In this document: piece by piece, positions 7,866 through 23,079 of the stretch
Layout of the letters: each line of letters starts with the position of its first letter
Numbering within the stretch: the stretch's first letter is position 1
Source of the DNA: Candidatus Tenderia sp.
GTDB taxonomy: Bacteria > Pseudomonadota > Gammaproteobacteria > Tenderiales > Tenderiaceae
Assembly: GCA_031416075.1 (NCBI GenBank)
Contig: JANOSY010000074.1
Coordinates: forward strand, 1-49,028
DNA length: 49,028 nucleotides
Direction of reading: 5' to 3'
Notes under the pieces: generated by a model
Told to the model about the DNA's origin: nothing
Seen by the model: the letters and a program-made list of their open reading frames with translations, nothing else
The model's database searches: none
Translations under genes and position numbers: made by a program

Positions 7866-8506
7866 TGGTGTATCCGCACGGCACAGCAGTCAAAATATCC
7901 CGGTTATTGCAAAGATCAATCTCACTTGCCTTACTGATGGCCATCACCCCCACCGGTTTTGCTGCCGATCTCTTTCGCTGGGTCGATAAAAAGGGCAACG
8001 TGCACTACACCGACCGCGTCCCACCCGAGTATGTGCAGAATGGTTACCGTGTCATCAACCAACAGGGGATGACCATCACCACCATCGGCGCACAAAAAGA
8101 TGATCCCGCAGACAAAATGATGGATGCCGAAGCAAAGGCACAACTCGCGCGCGATAAACGGCTACTCACCATCTACTCCAACGCCGACGAGATCAGCGCC
8201 GCACTCAAACGCAAACTCACCGAGATAAAAAATGGCATCAACTTACGCCATGAGAGTCTCACACTGCTGGAGCGCCAGTTCCGCGAACAGGCTCGCGAGG
8301 CCAGTGACTATGAAAAACAGAACACCCCTATCCCAGGGACTCTTGTAGCCAACATCAATACCACCAAAAAGAAGATCACCGCCTACGAAGAGGGGATCAA
8401 ACAGCAACAGCAACTTCTGCTCGACACCCAAAAACAGTTTGGTGATGACCTGGAGCGTTATAAACAGATCTCACAAGCCATGGAAAGAAACCTGGCACCT
8501 AACTAA
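7865..8506 (+). CDS. DUF4124-type exported protein with coiled-coil C-terminus
   Basis: Signal-peptide-like segment then LFRWVDKKGNVHYTDRVPP. Confidence 0.8.
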   Translation: MVYPHGTAVKISRLLQRSISLALLMAITPTGFAADLFRWVDKKGNVHYTDRVPPEYVQNGYRVINQQGMTITTIGAQKDDPADKMMDAEAKAQLARDKRLLTIYSNADEISAALKRKLTEIKNGINLRHESLTLLERQFREQAREASDYEKQNTPIPGTLVANINTTKKKITAYEEGIKQQQQLLLDTQKQFGDDLERYKQISQAMERNLAPN

Positions 8507-8596
8507 AATTAGCGCTGCCAACCATAAGGCCAGTGGTTAACTCCATCCACACCGCAAGCTGTCAAAGGGGATGCAGGGCACTTCATGTACTGACTC

Positions 8597-8633
8597 CTCC
8601 ATTGGTGGCTCGATAGTCGAGCCACCAATGGAG
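8597..8633. terminator. Perfect 17-bp hairpin between convergent genes
   Basis: CTCCATTGGTGGCTCGA-TAG-TCGAGCCACCAATGGAG followed by AGTTTATT on +. Confidence 0.55.
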
Positions 8634-8683
8634 AGTTTATTCGGAGATTTTTTGACTTTGTTATTGATGCTTTAAAACTCTTA

Positions 8684-12183
<3,500 letters not shown>

Positions 12184-12205
12184 CGCCTGCCTCTGCCCAA
12201 ATAGG

Positions 12206-12661
12206 CTAGTGTCTACCTGTATGACCAAAACCACCTTCACCACGATCACTGGCGGTGAACTCATCAACCACCTCAAGCTCAACCTGCACTACCGGCACCA
12301 CCACCATCTGTGCAATACGTTCGCCCACATTAATCGTGAAACTCTGCTGACCACGATTCCAGCACGAAACAAACAGCTGCCCCTGATAGTCAGAATCAAT
12401 CAACCCCACCAGATTGCCCAGCACAATCCCATGTTTATGGCCCAGCCCGGATCTTGGCAATAATACTGCTGCCAAACCAGGATCAGCGACATAAATAGCC
12501 ATTCCTGTAGGAATTAATGTGGTTTCGCCGGGATTCAGCACCAGCGGCCCATCCACACAGGCCCGTAAATCCATACCCGCTGAACCCTCGGTGGCATAAC
12601 TCGGCAACGCAATTTCATTGCCAATACGGGGATCCAACACCTTAACCTGAATTTTTTTCAT
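12206..12661 (-). CDS. dut: dUTP pyrophosphatase
   Basis: [30 protein letters not shown]. Confidence 0.97.
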   Translation of the reverse strand: MKKIQVKVLDPRIGNEIALPSYATEGSAGMDLRACVDGPLVLNPGETTLIPTGMAIYVADPGLAAVLLPRSGLGHKHGIVLGNLVGLIDSDYQGQLFVSCWNRGQQSFTINVGERIAQMVVVPVVQVELEVVDEFTASDRGEGGFGHTGRH

Positions 12662-13856
12662 GGTATCTCTCAGCGATTATCTTGATCAGCTCGCGGGCAA
12701 CCACAGCTTTAGTTGCCCGTTTAATTTCATACTGTCCATCGGCCCAGAACAGCGTCAGGCAGTTAACATCAGACTCAAACCCAACACCTTGACCCACCAG
12801 ATTAGCGGCAATCATATCCAACCCCTTACGCGCCAACTTATCACGGGCATAGCCCTCAAGATCTTCAGTCTCGGCGGCAAAACCCACACAGAAAGGGGCG
12901 TTTGAACCACCCGCCGCCATCGCCAAAATATCCTCAGTGCGCTCCAGCGCCAGACTCAGCTCAGGGGCACTCTTTTTCATCTTCTGGGGTACCACCACAC
13001 TCGGGCGATAGTCGGCCACCGCCGCCACCGCAATAAAAATATCGCACTGAGATATCCTCGCCTGCACCGCCGCCGCCATCTCAGCAGCACTCTCCACCGC
13101 CACCAGCGCCACCCCTGATGGCCGTGGCAGCGCCGTAGGGCCAGATACCAGCGTCACTATCGCGCCTGCCCGCAACGCCGCCTCAGCCACCGCATACCCC
13201 ATCTTGCCGGAGCTGCGGTTGCTGATATAACGGACAGGATCAATCGGTTCACGAGTGGGTCCCGCCGTCACCAGCAGCGACACCCCAGACAGCGCCCCCT
13301 GCTGCCAGTAACGCAACAACTCCGCCACCAGCTCATCCGGCTCCAACATCCGCCCCGCCCCCACCTCACCACAAGCCTGCTCACCCGCAGCAGGCCCGAG
13401 CAACCTCACTGAACGCTGGCGCAACAGCTCGCTATTGGTCTGGGTCGCAGGGTGCACCCACATCACACGGTTCATCGCCGGGGCCAAAAACAGCGGTGCC
13501 TCACTGGCAAGACACAGAGTTGTCAACAGATCATCCGCAAGACCATGGGCAAGACGGGCCATCAAATTTGCACTCGCTGGAGCAACCAGAATCGCATCCG
13601 CCCAGCGCGCCAGCTCAATATGCCCCATCGCCGCCTCAACACGGCTATCCAACAACTCACTATGCACCGGATGCCCTGAGAGCGCTTGCATGGTCAGCGG
13701 CGTGATAAACGCCTGGGCACCCACCGTCATCACCACCCGCACTTCAGCGCCCGCCTGACGTAGACGGCGGACCAGCTCAGCAGATTTATAGGCAGCAATA
13801 CCGCCACTGACCCCCACCAACACACGACGCCCGGATAATGTCAGACCTGAAAACAA
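12642..13856 (-). CDS. coaBC: Bifunctional phosphopantothenoylcysteine decarboxylase/ligase
   Basis: [42 protein letters not shown]. Confidence 0.97.
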   Translation of the reverse strand: MFSGLTLSGRRVLVGVSGGIAAYKSAELVRRLRQAGAEVRVVMTVGAQAFITPLTMQALSGHPVHSELLDSRVEAAMGHIELARWADAILVAPASANLMARLAHGLADDLLTTLCLASEAPLFLAPAMNRVMWVHPATQTNSELLRQRSVRLLGPAAGEQACGEVGAGRMLEPDELVAELLRYWQQGALSGVSLLVTAGPTREPIDPVRYISNRSSGKMGYAVAEAALRAGAIVTLVSGPTALPRPSGVALVAVESAAEMAAAVQARISQCDIFIAVAAVADYRPSVVVPQKMKKSAPELSLALERTEDILAMAAGGSNAPFCVGFAAETEDLEGYARDKLARKGLDMIAANLVGQGVGFESDVNCLTLFWADGQYEIKRATKAVVARELIKIIAERYHEKNSG

Positions 13857-13966
13857 TCAACTCTCCCAATAGCGCTGTCCATCAAGGGGCGCTACCATAC
13901 CATTCTATAAGAACAAATCGAAACCACCATAATACTTAAATACTTAATTATCCGCGAGAAAAAAGC

Positions 13967-14641
13967 ATGGCAATCACCGACTGGCCCGCCGACGAACGTC
14001 CCCGTGAAAAACTACTGCAAAAAGGGGCTGCGGCCCTCTCTGACGCCGAACTTCTAGCAATTTTTCTGCGAACGGGCATCATCGGCAAAACCGCCGTTGA
14101 CCTCGCCCGCGACCTGCTTGAAGAGCACGGCAGCCTGCGCGCCCTACTTGATGCAAGCCAACAACAGTTCTGCAGCAGCAAAGGCTTGGGCAGCGCTAAA
14201 TTTGCACAACTCCAGGCCGTGCTCGAAATGGGACGCCGCCATAGTGGCGAACGCTTAAAACGCGGCGCGCCGCTGACCAACCCCGCCGAGACCCGCCACT
14301 ATCTCAGCCTGCGTCTGCGTGACCATCAACACGAAGTATTCGCCTGCCTCTTTCTCGACAACCGCAACCGCGTCATCCGCTTCGAAGAGCTGTTTTTTGG
14401 CACCCTTGACAGCGCCAGCGTCTACCCACGCGAGGTTGTCAAACGGGCACTGCACCACAACGCCGCCGCCGTCATATTCGCCCATAACCACCCCTCAGGC
14501 TTCGCCGAGCCGAGCCAGGCCGACCACCAGATCACCCAACAGCTCAAGTCAGCCCTGTCACTCATCGGCGTACGTGTGCTTGACCACATCATCATCGGCG
14601 ATGGCGAACAGGTATCACTGGCCGAACGGGGGGCACTATGA
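13967..14641 (+). CDS. radC: RadC/YicR JAB-domain protein
   Basis: RPREKL....[11 protein letters not shown]; HNHPSG...PS.AD; LDH. Confidence 0.96.
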   Translation: MAITDWPADERPREKLLQKGAAALSDAELLAIFLRTGIIGKTAVDLARDLLEEHGSLRALLDASQQQFCSSKGLGSAKFAQLQAVLEMGRRHSGERLKRGAPLTNPAETRHYLSLRLRDHQHEVFACLFLDNRNRVIRFEELFFGTLDSASVYPREVVKRALHHNAAAVIFAHNHPSGFAEPSQADHQITQQLKSALSLIGVRVLDHIIIGDGEQVSLAERGAL

Positions 14642-14707
14642 GTCCCTTTGGTAATCAACCACTTGGACTCACCCTAGGACAAATACCAACAAAACCCAAA
14701 CTAATAC

Positions 14708-14736
14708 TTGAAACCCGGTAGCTAAATCTATAGAAT
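14708..14736 (+). promoter_or_regulatory. Sigma70 promoter of rpmB-rpmG
   Basis: TTGAAA-N17-TAGAAT. Confidence 0.7.
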
Positions 14737-14791
14737 TTCGCCTCTCTGCCATTTAGGCTATGGCAAAAAAGAATTATTTGGAGCAAAACTC

Positions 14792-15034
14792 ATGTCAAGA
14801 GTATGTCAGGTGACGGGCAAAGGCCCTATGGTCGGAAACTCAGTTTCCCACGCCAACAACAGAACCAAGCGCCGCTTTCTGCCAAATCTGCATTCCCATC
14901 GTTTCTGGGTTGAAGGCGAAAAGCGCTTTATTTCACTGCGCGTCTCTTCAAAGGGGATGCGCATCATCGACAAACGCGGCATTGACGTCGTGCTGTCTGA
15001 ACTCCGCGCCCGCGGCGAAAAGATCAGGGGTTAA
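14792..15034 (+). CDS. rpmB: 50S ribosomal protein L28
   Basis: [28 protein letters not shown]. Confidence 0.98.
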   Translation: MSRVCQVTGKGPMVGNSVSHANNRTKRRFLPNLHSHRFWVEGEKRFISLRVSSKGMRIIDKRGIDVVLSELRARGEKIRG

Positions 15035-15036
15035 TC

Positions 15037-15204
15037 ATGGCCAAAAGTGCACGTGAAAAGATTAAATTGGTGTCCACTGCCGGTACCGGCCATTTCTACA
15101 CCACTGACAAAAACAAACGCACCATGCCTGAGAAGATGGAGATGAGTAAGTTTGATCCCGTCGTTCGCAAGCACGTTCCTTACAAGGAAGCCAAGATCAA
15201 GTAA
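15037..15204 (+). CDS. rpmG: 50S ribosomal protein L33 (55 aa, not in ORF track)
   Basis: Translated by hand: [55 protein letters not shown]. Confidence 0.97.
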   Translation: MAKSAREKIKLVSTAGTGHFYTTDKNKRTMPEKMEMSKFDPVVRKHVPYKEAKIK

Positions 15205-15223
15205 GCACTGCTTACATTGATCC

Positions 15224-15256
15224 AATAAAAAACCCGCTACGGCGGGTTTTTTTATT
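15224..15256. terminator. Bidirectional intrinsic terminator
   Basis: AATAAAAAACCCGC-TACG-GCGGGTTTTTTTATT between convergent rpmG and the lipoprotein gene. Confidence 0.92.
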
Positions 15257-15301
15257 ATTTCATCCTACTAATAACCATCAAATGCAACACACCTTAACAC
15301 G

Positions 15302-15742
15302 CTACTCTTCCAAATAGGCTCGAACCAACCTCCACTGCTTATCCTTCAACTCGAACACCAATTGATCAACCCGGAAAGATTCCTTGGTCATGAAGTGATC
15401 TTGTATGATTGCTGTCGTCTCATGGACAATCTCCTTTGTTGTGCGCGTAACGACAACATCACCTTCAAAAAAGATAACTGGCTGCTCCAGTATTTTATTA
15501 AACACCACCTCAAATTGTTCCTTACCGTATTGCACTGAGGGCTGACTGTCATCAACACCCGAAACTTCCAATGGAAACTGCGTCATCTCGTTCAGCTTCT
15601 GATTGTTCTGCGCCAATACTGCCTCTCTAAACTCAGACCAAAATTGCTGTGATGTAAGCTCACGCTTTTGTACTGAGCAACCAACAGACAAGAGCATGCT
15701 GAGGCAAACAACAACAAAGCCCACGATTAATGCTTTTATCAT
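15302..15742 (-). CDS. Putative lipoprotein, candidate immunity protein
   Basis: Hydrophobic signal ending LLSVGC (lipobox-like); overlaps upstream gene stop; AT-rich. Confidence 0.7.
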   Translation of the reverse strand: MIKALIVGFVVVCLSMLLSVGCSVQKRELTSQQFWSEFREAVLAQNNQKLNEMTQFPLEVSGVDDSQPSVQYGKEQFEVVFNKILEQPVIFFEGDVVVTRTTKEIVHETTAIIQDHFMTKESFRVDQLVFELKDKQWRLVRAYLEE

Positions 15743-16449
15743 GGATTAGGCCACCTATACCCCTTTAATGCCCAGGAGGTTTTAGAATAGCGTGAGATTT
15801 TTACTTGATCCCCCTGATTTCCTCCCAAGACATGAAAATGAGTTATAGCTTCCTGAATCAAGAAACCCACATGATTACCTGAAACAGTTAAATTCGAATT
15901 GATCGCTTTTTTATTGTATATGACAACTATCGCTCCGCTCTTAGCACTTGAGCTTTCACCCCACTTAAGCCAGCTAATAGCAGAGGCAGAATCTGTCCCC
16001 TTAATACCCGCCTGCTTTAAACACCAATTCACAAAGGATGAGCACCATGCCGTTTCGTCGTTACTAGCCTTGAGCGTGGTCGTCGCATGGTACGCAACAA
16101 TGCGGGGATTGTGCAGAATGCCTTTTATCTCTTTTTGATTGACCTCATCCCTGGCGTATCTCATCCATGGAATTGAAGCAGTCACGATAACTGGATTGCT
16201 CGGAGTGGGTACCAGCCTCACTTCATCTTTGAGCATAGCCCAAGTCTTAGGTCCCACAATACCGTCTATTCCCAGGTTGTGAATCGCCTGAAACCTCTTC
16301 ACAAACCTATCTGTATTCTTCCCAAATACACCATCTTCTTTAATTTTAGGAATTAACTGTAGTTTTTTATTCAATAGCATCTGGAGCTGCGCTACTTCAA
16401 CGCCCCTATCACCGACACGTAAAATTCTCACCATTTTGCCACCCCGCAT
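15739..16449 (-). CDS. Peptidoglycan-binding domain plus TIGR02594-like (NlpC/P60/CHAP-type) amidase
   Basis: PG_binding_1 repeats DGVFG..T and DGIVGPKTW; catalytic AWCSSFVNWC, GNHVGF, LGGNQ; no signal peptide; start may be 16434. Confidence 0.82.
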   Translation of the reverse strand: MRGGKMVRILRVGDRGVEVAQLQMLLNKKLQLIPKIKEDGVFGKNTDRFVKRFQAIHNLGIDGIVGPKTWAMLKDEVRLVPTPSNPVIVTASIPWMRYARDEVNQKEIKGILHNPRIVAYHATTTLKASNDETAWCSSFVNWCLKQAGIKGTDSASAISWLKWGESSSAKSGAIVVIYNKKAINSNLTVSGNHVGFLIQEAITHFHVLGGNQGDQVKISRYSKTSWALKGYRWPNP

Positions 16450-16492
16450 AAAATGCTAAAAATCACACTCCGTTCACGCTAAGCAACAACAA

Positions 16493-17710
16493 TCAGCTAC
16501 GGTACTCCGCATTAATCTTGACGTAGTCATAGGAAAAATCAGTTGTCCAGATCTGCGCCTCAGCACCACCACGGGCCAGCTCTACACAAATAGTGATCTC
16601 AGCCTCTTTCATCACCCTCTGCCCTGCCTCTTCGGTGTAGACAGGATCGCGGCCACCGCCACGTACGATACAGACCTCGCCCAGGTAGATGTCAATCTTC
16701 TCCACATCCAACCCCTCAACACCCGCACGGCCGACGGCGGCGAGGATGCGACCCCAGTTGGGGTCGGAGGCGAAGAAGGCGGTCTTGACCAGCGGTGAGT
16801 GGGCGATGGTATAGGCAACCTGGCGGCACTCGGCCTCGTTGATGCCGCCACGCACGTCGACGGTGATGTATTTGGTAGCACCTTCACCATCACGAATGAT
16901 CGCTTGTGCCAGCACCTGACACACCTCAATCACCGCCGCCGCAAATTCGGTATAGCCAACATCACTTGCAGAGTTAAAGCTGACACCTGCCTTGTTGGTG
17001 GCGACCAGCACACAGGCGTCGTTGGTGGAGGTATCACCATCGACGGTGATGCAGTTGAAAGAGAGGTTGGCTGCCTGTGTCATCAGCTGCAGCAGCAGCG
17101 CTTGATCAACACCAGCATCGGTGGCGACATAGCCAAGCATGGTGGCCATGTTGGGGCAGATCATGCCCGATCCTTTAGAGATGCCGTTGATGGTGATGGT
17201 TTTGCCTTGCACCACAATCTGGCGTGTTGCCCCTTTTGGCACGGTGTCGGTAGTCATGATGCTGCGGGCAGCATCGGCCCAGCCATCAGCGGTCAGCGAC
17301 TCTTTTGCCTGCGGCAGCACTGCTTCGATCTTGGCGACGGGTAACAGCTCGCCAATCACACCAGTGGAGAAAGGCAGCACCTCTTCGGCCTTGCAGCCCA
17401 TAACGGCAGCAACGGCAGCACAGCTCGCCTCAGCGGCGCGCATACCTGGCTCGCCGGTTCCCGCATTAGCGTTACCGCTGTTGATCAGCAGATAACGTGG
17501 TGCGGTTGCAGCGCCGTGACGTTTGGCGACAATAACAGGGGCTGCACAGAAGGCGTTGAGTGTATAAACAGCTGCAACACTCGATCCTGCAGCGATCTCC
17601 ATCACTGCCACATCCTTGCGACCCTGGCGTTTAATCCCCGCCGCCGCACCGCCCCAACGTATGCCCGCCACTGCGGACATTAAAGGTAACTCTACGCTTC
17701 CAACTGCCAT
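16493..17710 (-). CDS. argJ: Bifunctional ornithine acetyltransferase/N-acetylglutamate synthase
   Basis: NSGNANAGTG, KGSGMICPNMATML, DGDTSTND, DGEGATK, DPNWGRI. Confidence 0.97.
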   Translation of the reverse strand: MAVGSVELPLMSAVAGIRWGGAAAGIKRQGRKDVAVMEIAAGSSVAAVYTLNAFCAAPVIVAKRHGAATAPRYLLINSGNANAGTGEPGMRAAEASCAAVAAVMGCKAEEVLPFSTGVIGELLPVAKIEAVLPQAKESLTADGWADAARSIMTTDTVPKGATRQIVVQGKTITINGISKGSGMICPNMATMLGYVATDAGVDQALLLQLMTQAANLSFNCITVDGDTSTNDACVLVATNKAGVSFNSASDVGYTEFAAAVIEVCQVLAQAIIRDGEGATKYITVDVRGGINEAECRQVAYTIAHSPLVKTAFFASDPNWGRILAAVGRAGVEGLDVEKIDIYLGEVCIVRGGGRDPVYTEEAGQRVMKEAEITICVELARGGAEAQIWTTDFSYDYVKINAEYRS

Positions 17711-17712
17711 GA

Positions 17713-20406
17713 TTAACTCAACTTACCGTGACACTGTTTATATTTTTTGCCTGAACCACATGGGCAAGGATCATTACGCCCCACCTTGGTGCCATCACGC
17801 ACAAATGGTGCATGCTGCTCACCTTCTGATGTCTCACTTTCAGTCGCCGAAGCATCCGGATGTCGATACTGCATCTCACCCTGGGCGCGGCGCTGTTCTT
17901 CTATCGCCTCAACATCCGCCTCCCCTTGCACCTGCACCCTTGAGATAATGCCAATCACTTCATGTTTGATGCGATCAAGCAGCGCGGAGAACATCTCAAA
18001 TGCCTCACGTTTATACTCCTGCTTGGGGTTTTTCTGCGCATAACCCCGCAGATGAATGCCCTGACGCAGATGATCCATCGCTGAGAGATGGTCCTTCCAT
18101 TGCGTATCCAGGACCTGCAACATGACGGCCTTCTCAAAATGGCGCAACACCGAAGCACCGGCCATCGACTCTTTGGCCGCGTAGCTGGCATCGAGCTCAG
18201 CCGGAATGCGCTGGCGCAAGCTCTCTTCATGCAGGCTGTCATCACTATCAAGCCACTGCTGCACCGGCAGCTTGTCGCCAAACTCACGCAGCAGTGCTTC
18301 CTCAAGCCCCGCCACGTCCCACTGCTCTTCAAGGCTGTTAGGCGGAATGAAAGTACCCACCACACCACTCACTACATCAGCCCGGATGTTCGCAATGGTG
18401 TCAGAGATGTCATCCCGTGCCATCAGCTCATTGCGCTGTTCGTAGATTACCTTGCGTTGATCATTGGCGACATCGTCATATTCAAGCAGCTGTTTGCGAA
18501 TATCAAAATTGTGCCCTTCAACCTTGCGCTGGGCATTTTCAATCGCCTTGCTGACCCAGGGGTGCTCAATCGCCTCACCCTCTTCCATGCCCAACTTTTG
18601 CATCAATCCGGCAACACGGTCTGAGGCAAAAATACGCATCAGACTATCCTCAAGCGAGAGGTAAAAACGGGTTGAACCAGGATCACCTTGACGCCCTGAA
18701 CGGCCACGCAACTGGTTATCAACACGACGGGACTCGTGTCGCTCAGTCCCGATAATGTGCAACCCGCCTTCGCTCAACACCTGATCATGGCGCTGCTGCC
18801 ACTCACTGCGAACCCGCTGCACGGCCACCTCATCGGCGGGGTCCACACTCTCCAGCATCGCGTCAAGACTACCACCCAACACAATATCGGTACCACGCCC
18901 CGCCATGTTGGTGGCAATAGTCACGCTCTTGGAACGGCCCGCCTGCGCAACGATATCCGCCTCACGCTCATGCTGCTTGGCATTCAGCACTTCATGTTTG
19001 ATGCCTGATTTTTTCAGCAACGCTGAAAGAGTCTCTGAGACTTCGATAGAGGTTGTGCCCACCAGCACCGGCTGACCACGCTCATTACACCCCTTGATAT
19101 CTTCAAGGATGGCGTTAAATTTATCCTGTTGATTAAGATAGACAAGGTCGCCCATATCCTTACGAACGGTTGGTTTGTTGGTTGGAATAACCATTACCTC
19201 CAGCCCGTAGATCTCTTGAAATTCATAGGCCTCGGTATCCGCAGTACCAGTCATGCCAGACAACTTATTGTAGAGACGGAAATAGTTCTGAAAGGTAATA
19301 GAAGCCAGTGTCTGATTTTCGTTCTGAATCTCAACCCCTTCCTTGGCTTCGATAGCCTGGTGCAGGCCATCAGACCAGCGCCGCCCTGGCATGGTGCGAC
19401 CGGTAAATTCATCCACAATCACAATGGTGCCATTCTGAACGATGTAATCAATATCATTATGAAACAGGGCATGAGCCCTCAAGGCGGCGTTAACATGATG
19501 CATAAGACTGATGTTTGCGGCGTCGTAGAGGCTATCCCCCTCCTGTAACAACCCCATCTCAACCAGCATATCTTCAACGTTCTGGTGGCCACTCTCACTC
19601 AAAAACACCTGTTTGGACTTTTCGTCAACGTTGTAATCCCCAGGACCATCCTCATCTTCCTGCCGTATCAGGCGCGGAATCAGGATATTCATCCGGGCAT
19701 AAACATCAGAGTTATTGTCTGTCGGCCCGGAGATAATCAGCGGCGTACGGGCCTCATCGATCAGAATCGAGTCAACCTCATCGATAATCGCAAAATTGAG
19801 TTCGCGCTGCGCTTTATCATCAAGCCGAAACGCCATGTTGTCGCGCAGATAATCAAAACCAAACTCATTGTTGGTCCCGTAGGTGATATCGCAAGCATAC
19901 GCGGCACGTTTCGCCGACGTGTCCTGGCCAGACAGCACCACGCCCACCGTCAAGCCCAAGTATTCATGCAGGCGCGCCATCCACGTCGCATCACGTTGCG
20001 CCAGATAGTCATTCACCGTAACAACGTGCACACCTTTACCGGAGAGTGCGTTCAGATACGCTGCCAACGTCGCCACCAGTGTTTTTCCCTCACCAGTGCG
20101 CATTTCAGCAATCTTTCCGTCATGCATGACCATGGCGCCGATCATCTGCACATCATAATGGCGCATCCCCAGAACCCGCTTACCGGCCTCACGCACCACC
20201 GCAAACGCCTCCGGCAGCAAGCTATCAAGCGTCGTACCAGCAGCAATCCTCTGCTGAAACTCCGCGGTCTTGGCCTTAAGCTGCTCATCGGTCAGCGCCG
20301 CCATGGACTCTTCCAGAGCATTGATCTGCGCGACAACTTTTCGCATCCGTTTTAGCTGCCGATCATTGCGACTGCCAAATACTTTACTGAATATATTGGT
20401 AACCAT
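17713..20406 (-). CDS. secA: Preprotein translocase ATPase SecA
   Basis: [24 protein letters not shown]-terminal [19 protein letters not shown]. Confidence 0.99.
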   Translation of the reverse strand: MVTNIFSKVFGSRNDRQLKRMRKVVAQINALEESMAALTDEQLKAKTAEFQQRIAAGTTLDSLLPEAFAVVREAGKRVLGMRHYDVQMIGAMVMHDGKIAEMRTGEGKTLVATLAAYLNALSGKGVHVVTVNDYLAQRDATWMARLHEYLGLTVGVVLSGQDTSAKRAAYACDITYGTNNEFGFDYLRDNMAFRLDDKAQRELNFAIIDEVDSILIDEARTPLIISGPTDNNSDVYARMNILIPRLIRQEDEDGPGDYNVDEKSKQVFLSESGHQNVEDMLVEMGLLQEGDSLYDAANISLMHHVNAALRAHALFHNDIDYIVQNGTIVIVDEFTGRTMPGRRWSDGLHQAIEAKEGVEIQNENQTLASITFQNYFRLYNKLSGMTGTADTEAYEFQEIYGLEVMVIPTNKPTVRKDMGDLVYLNQQDKFNAILEDIKGCNERGQPVLVGTTSIEVSETLSALLKKSGIKHEVLNAKQHEREADIVAQAGRSKSVTIATNMAGRGTDIVLGGSLDAMLESVDPADEVAVQRVRSEWQQRHDQVLSEGGLHIIGTERHESRRVDNQLRGRSGRQGDPGSTRFYLSLEDSLMRIFASDRVAGLMQKLGMEEGEAIEHPWVSKAIENAQRKVEGHNFDIRKQLLEYDDVANDQRKVIYEQRNELMARDDISDTIANIRADVVSGVVGTFIPPNSLEEQWDVAGLEEALLREFGDKLPVQQWLDSDDSLHEESLRQRIPAELDASYAAKESMAGASVLRHFEKAVMLQVLDTQWKDHLSAMDHLRQGIHLRGYAQKNPKQEYKREAFEMFSALLDRIKHEVIGIISRVQVQGEADVEAIEEQRRAQGEMQYRHPDASATESETSEGEQHAPFVRDGTKVGRNDPCPCGSGKKYKQCHGKLS

Positions 20407-20524
20407 GAGGCCCTAGACTTTATTGGAATAATCACGTGCTTTGCACATACGAGGCAGTGATCATAAAACAAACGAGAGAATTAGAAAACTAAAGATGGAT
20501 TGGCTGATCAGCCAATCCAGTTAC

Positions 20525-21454
20525 TCAGGGGGCAGCAGCACGCACATATTTAATCGGATTGACAACACGACCATCACGGTGAACCTCAAGATGGAGGTGT
20601 GGACCCGTGGAGCGACCACTCGTACCCATCAACGCCAATACCTGCCCCTTTTTAACGGTATCGCCAATCTGTACCAGGTTTTTCTGATTATGACCGTAAC
20701 GGGTCACATAACCGTTGCCGTGGCTAACCTCCACCAGATTACCGTAACCTGGGTGGTCACCTGACTGGGTAACAACCCCACTGGCAATAGCCAGAATGTT
20801 AGAACCCAGCTTGCCCGCAATATCAATACCGTCATGATGGGCACGGCGACCGGTAAAGGGGTCAGAACGGGCACCAAAGTACGATGAAAGCCAACCCTTT
20901 TCCACCGGAAAACCGTCAGGATGGACCTGACTCTGGAGATTACGGGTCATCAACAGCGACTCAAGCACACCCAGTTTCTGCTCACGGTCATCCAGATCGC
21001 GGCTCAAATTATCAAACGAGGCCAGAAGATCACCCGCCACACTATCAGCAATCAACAGCGATGAGTCGTTGGGGCCGCCCAATGCTGGGGCGCTCTCGAA
21101 GTTAAACTCACCTTTGTCGAGGCTGGCCATGTCAGTTAACCGCTCCCCCAGGGCATCCAGCCTGACCACCCGCGACTGTAACTCAGCCACCCGCTTGGTC
21201 AGTGCATTGATATTTTCCTGTGCTCCCTGACGGGCCACCTCAAGCTCTTCGCGCTGAGCACCAAGCTCCACCTTCAAATCGGACGTCAGTGTCTTTTTCT
21301 GTGCATCGACATCCGATACGCCTATATTGTAACCAACCACCAGCGCTGTGCCAGGCACCACCAGCCCAACCGCCAGTAACGTCCATGCCACAACACGGCT
21401 GCTGATACGGCGCACCGTTCCTTTTGAATCATTTGGTAGTAAAATTAAACTCAT
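20525..21454 (-). CDS. M23 family metallopeptidase with N-terminal TM and coiled coil
   Basis: HDGID, YGH, STGPHLH motifs; typical position upstream of secA; start set at MSLILL. Confidence 0.9.
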   Translation of the reverse strand: MSLILLPNDSKGTVRRISSRVVAWTLLAVGLVVPGTALVVGYNIGVSDVDAQKKTLTSDLKVELGAQREELEVARQGAQENINALTKRVAELQSRVVRLDALGERLTDMASLDKGEFNFESAPALGGPNDSSLLIADSVAGDLLASFDNLSRDLDDREQKLGVLESLLMTRNLQSQVHPDGFPVEKGWLSSYFGARSDPFTGRRAHHDGIDIAGKLGSNILAIASGVVTQSGDHPGYGNLVEVSHGNGYVTRYGHNQKNLVQIGDTVKKGQVLALMGTSGRSTGPHLHLEVHRDGRVVNPIKYVRAAAP

Positions 21455-21521
21455 GGGTACCAGTCTACAATTAAATCCATCCAAAAACACCTTAGTACCT
21501 TTTAGCTAAAGGAAGCAGGCA

Positions 21522-21959
21522 TTGAAAGCCCCAAAATCCCTAAAACAGATACTTGGCTCAAAAAATCCCGGAATGCAGGAGCTATTACAACAAACTCAAA
21601 AGCTTAGACAGCTGAATGCTCAACTTGCATACCTGCTGCCCCTGCCATTATCACTGCATTGCACTGCTGCCGGCATATCCAACCAGACATTAACGCTGCT
21701 GGTGGAGTCCGCGGCCTGGGCCACCCGGCTCCGCCTTCAGACCCCCAGCATCTTAAAAGGTTTACACCATTTTCAAATTCAGGCGATCACGGTCAAGATT
21801 CAACCCCCACAGACAGCCCCTGAAGCGGCCACACGGGCACGCCCAAAGATGTCGGAAGGCACATCTAACCTACTGAATAATCTGGCAGACGTGACCAACG
21901 ATCCAAAATTGAAGCTGGCACTGTTGCGCCTTGCAAAAAACAGCTCAAAGCAGGATTGA
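21522..21959 (+). CDS. dciA: DUF721/DciA family helicase-loading protein
   Basis: L.V.SAAWATRLR motif; position between lpxC and the M23 gene on the opposite strand. Confidence 0.8.
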   Translation: MKAPKSLKQILGSKNPGMQELLQQTQKLRQLNAQLAYLLPLPLSLHCTAAGISNQTLTLLVESAAWATRLRLQTPSILKGLHHFQIQAITVKIQPPQTAPEAATRARPKMSEGTSNLLNNLADVTNDPKLKLALLRLAKNSSKQD

Positions 21960-22006
21960 AAGTGATTTAGTTACACAGCGTACCAAAAAACCATCAAACA
22001 GACTGA

Positions 22007-22918
22007 CTAACCAACGGCCATCGGCTGCATAAATGATATCGGTGCCAGCTCATCTTTCTCAAACGTCACCAGCTCCCATGCGGCCTCATCCTCCACCAAC
22101 GCACGCAACAGCTGGTTGTTCAAGGAGTGTCCGGACTTATGACCACTAAAGGCACCGATGAGGCTGCGGCCCAATAGGTACAGGTCGCCAATGGCATCCA
22201 GCACCTTATGTTTTACAAACTCATCTTCATAACGCAGACCATCATCATTAAGTACACGATAATCGTCCACCACAACCGCATTTTCCATGCTGCCACCTAA
22301 TGCCAGATTTTTTGCCCGCAGGGCTTCTATGTCTTTCATAAAGCCAAACGTCCGGGCGCGGCTTATCTCTTTAACAAAGGAGGTGGTTGAAAAATCGATC
22401 GTTGCCTCTTTGGCACGGTCTTTAAAGGCGGGGTGATCAAAATCGATGGAAAATGAGACTTTAAAACCTTCAAACGGGTCAAAACGAGCCCATTTGTCGC
22501 CATCGTTCACAACAATTGCCTGCTTGATACGTATAAACTGCTTCGGGGCATCCTGCTCATGAATCCCTGCTGACTGCAACAGAAAGACAAAGGGGCCGGC
22601 ACTGCCGTCCATAATGGGCACTTCAGCTGCGCTCAGTTCTATATAAGCGTTATCAATGCCAAGGCCGGCCATCGCCGACAAGAGGTGTTCAACTGTGGAG
22701 ATACGTACGTCGCCTTTCATCAAGGTTGTGGAGAGACGGGTATCACCGACATTTTCTGCGCGGGCCTGAATTTCTACAACAGGGTCCAGATCGACACGTC
22801 GAAAAATAATACCGGCATCAATGGCGGCTGGACGCAGGGTCAGATAGATCTTTTCCCCGGTGTGCAAACCAACGCCTGTCGCCCGGATGACATTTTTCAG
22901 CGTACGTTGTTTAATCAT
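22007..22918 (-). CDS. lpxC: UDP-3-O-acyl-N-acetylglucosamine deacetylase
   Basis: [31 protein letters not shown]. Confidence 0.98.
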   Translation of the reverse strand: MIKQRTLKNVIRATGVGLHTGEKIYLTLRPAAIDAGIIFRRVDLDPVVEIQARAENVGDTRLSTTLMKGDVRISTVEHLLSAMAGLGIDNAYIELSAAEVPIMDGSAGPFVFLLQSAGIHEQDAPKQFIRIKQAIVVNDGDKWARFDPFEGFKVSFSIDFDHPAFKDRAKEATIDFSTTSFVKEISRARTFGFMKDIEALRAKNLALGGSMENAVVVDDYRVLNDDGLRYEDEFVKHKVLDAIGDLYLLGRSLIGAFSGHKSGHSLNNQLLRALVEDEAAWELVTFEKDELAPISFMQPMAVG

Positions 22919-22999
22919 TTTAGCGACCCGTTCCAGTTACCACAGTCTGTCCGAAAGAAAACGGCCGGAGACACTCACGCCTCCGGCAATAACTGACAT

Positions 23000-23008
23000 A
23001 GGATAACA
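23000..23008 (-). promoter_or_regulatory. Possible extended -10 promoter for lpxC
   Basis: Minus strand TGTTATCCT (TGn-TATCCT) about 80 nt upstream of the start. Confidence 0.4.
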
Positions 23009-23079
23009 TGTTTAGCAGTGATCCGCGCAGGTGCCTTCCTCGGGCAAAGGGGCACCAGCGCGCTGAAAACAGCCGCGGA

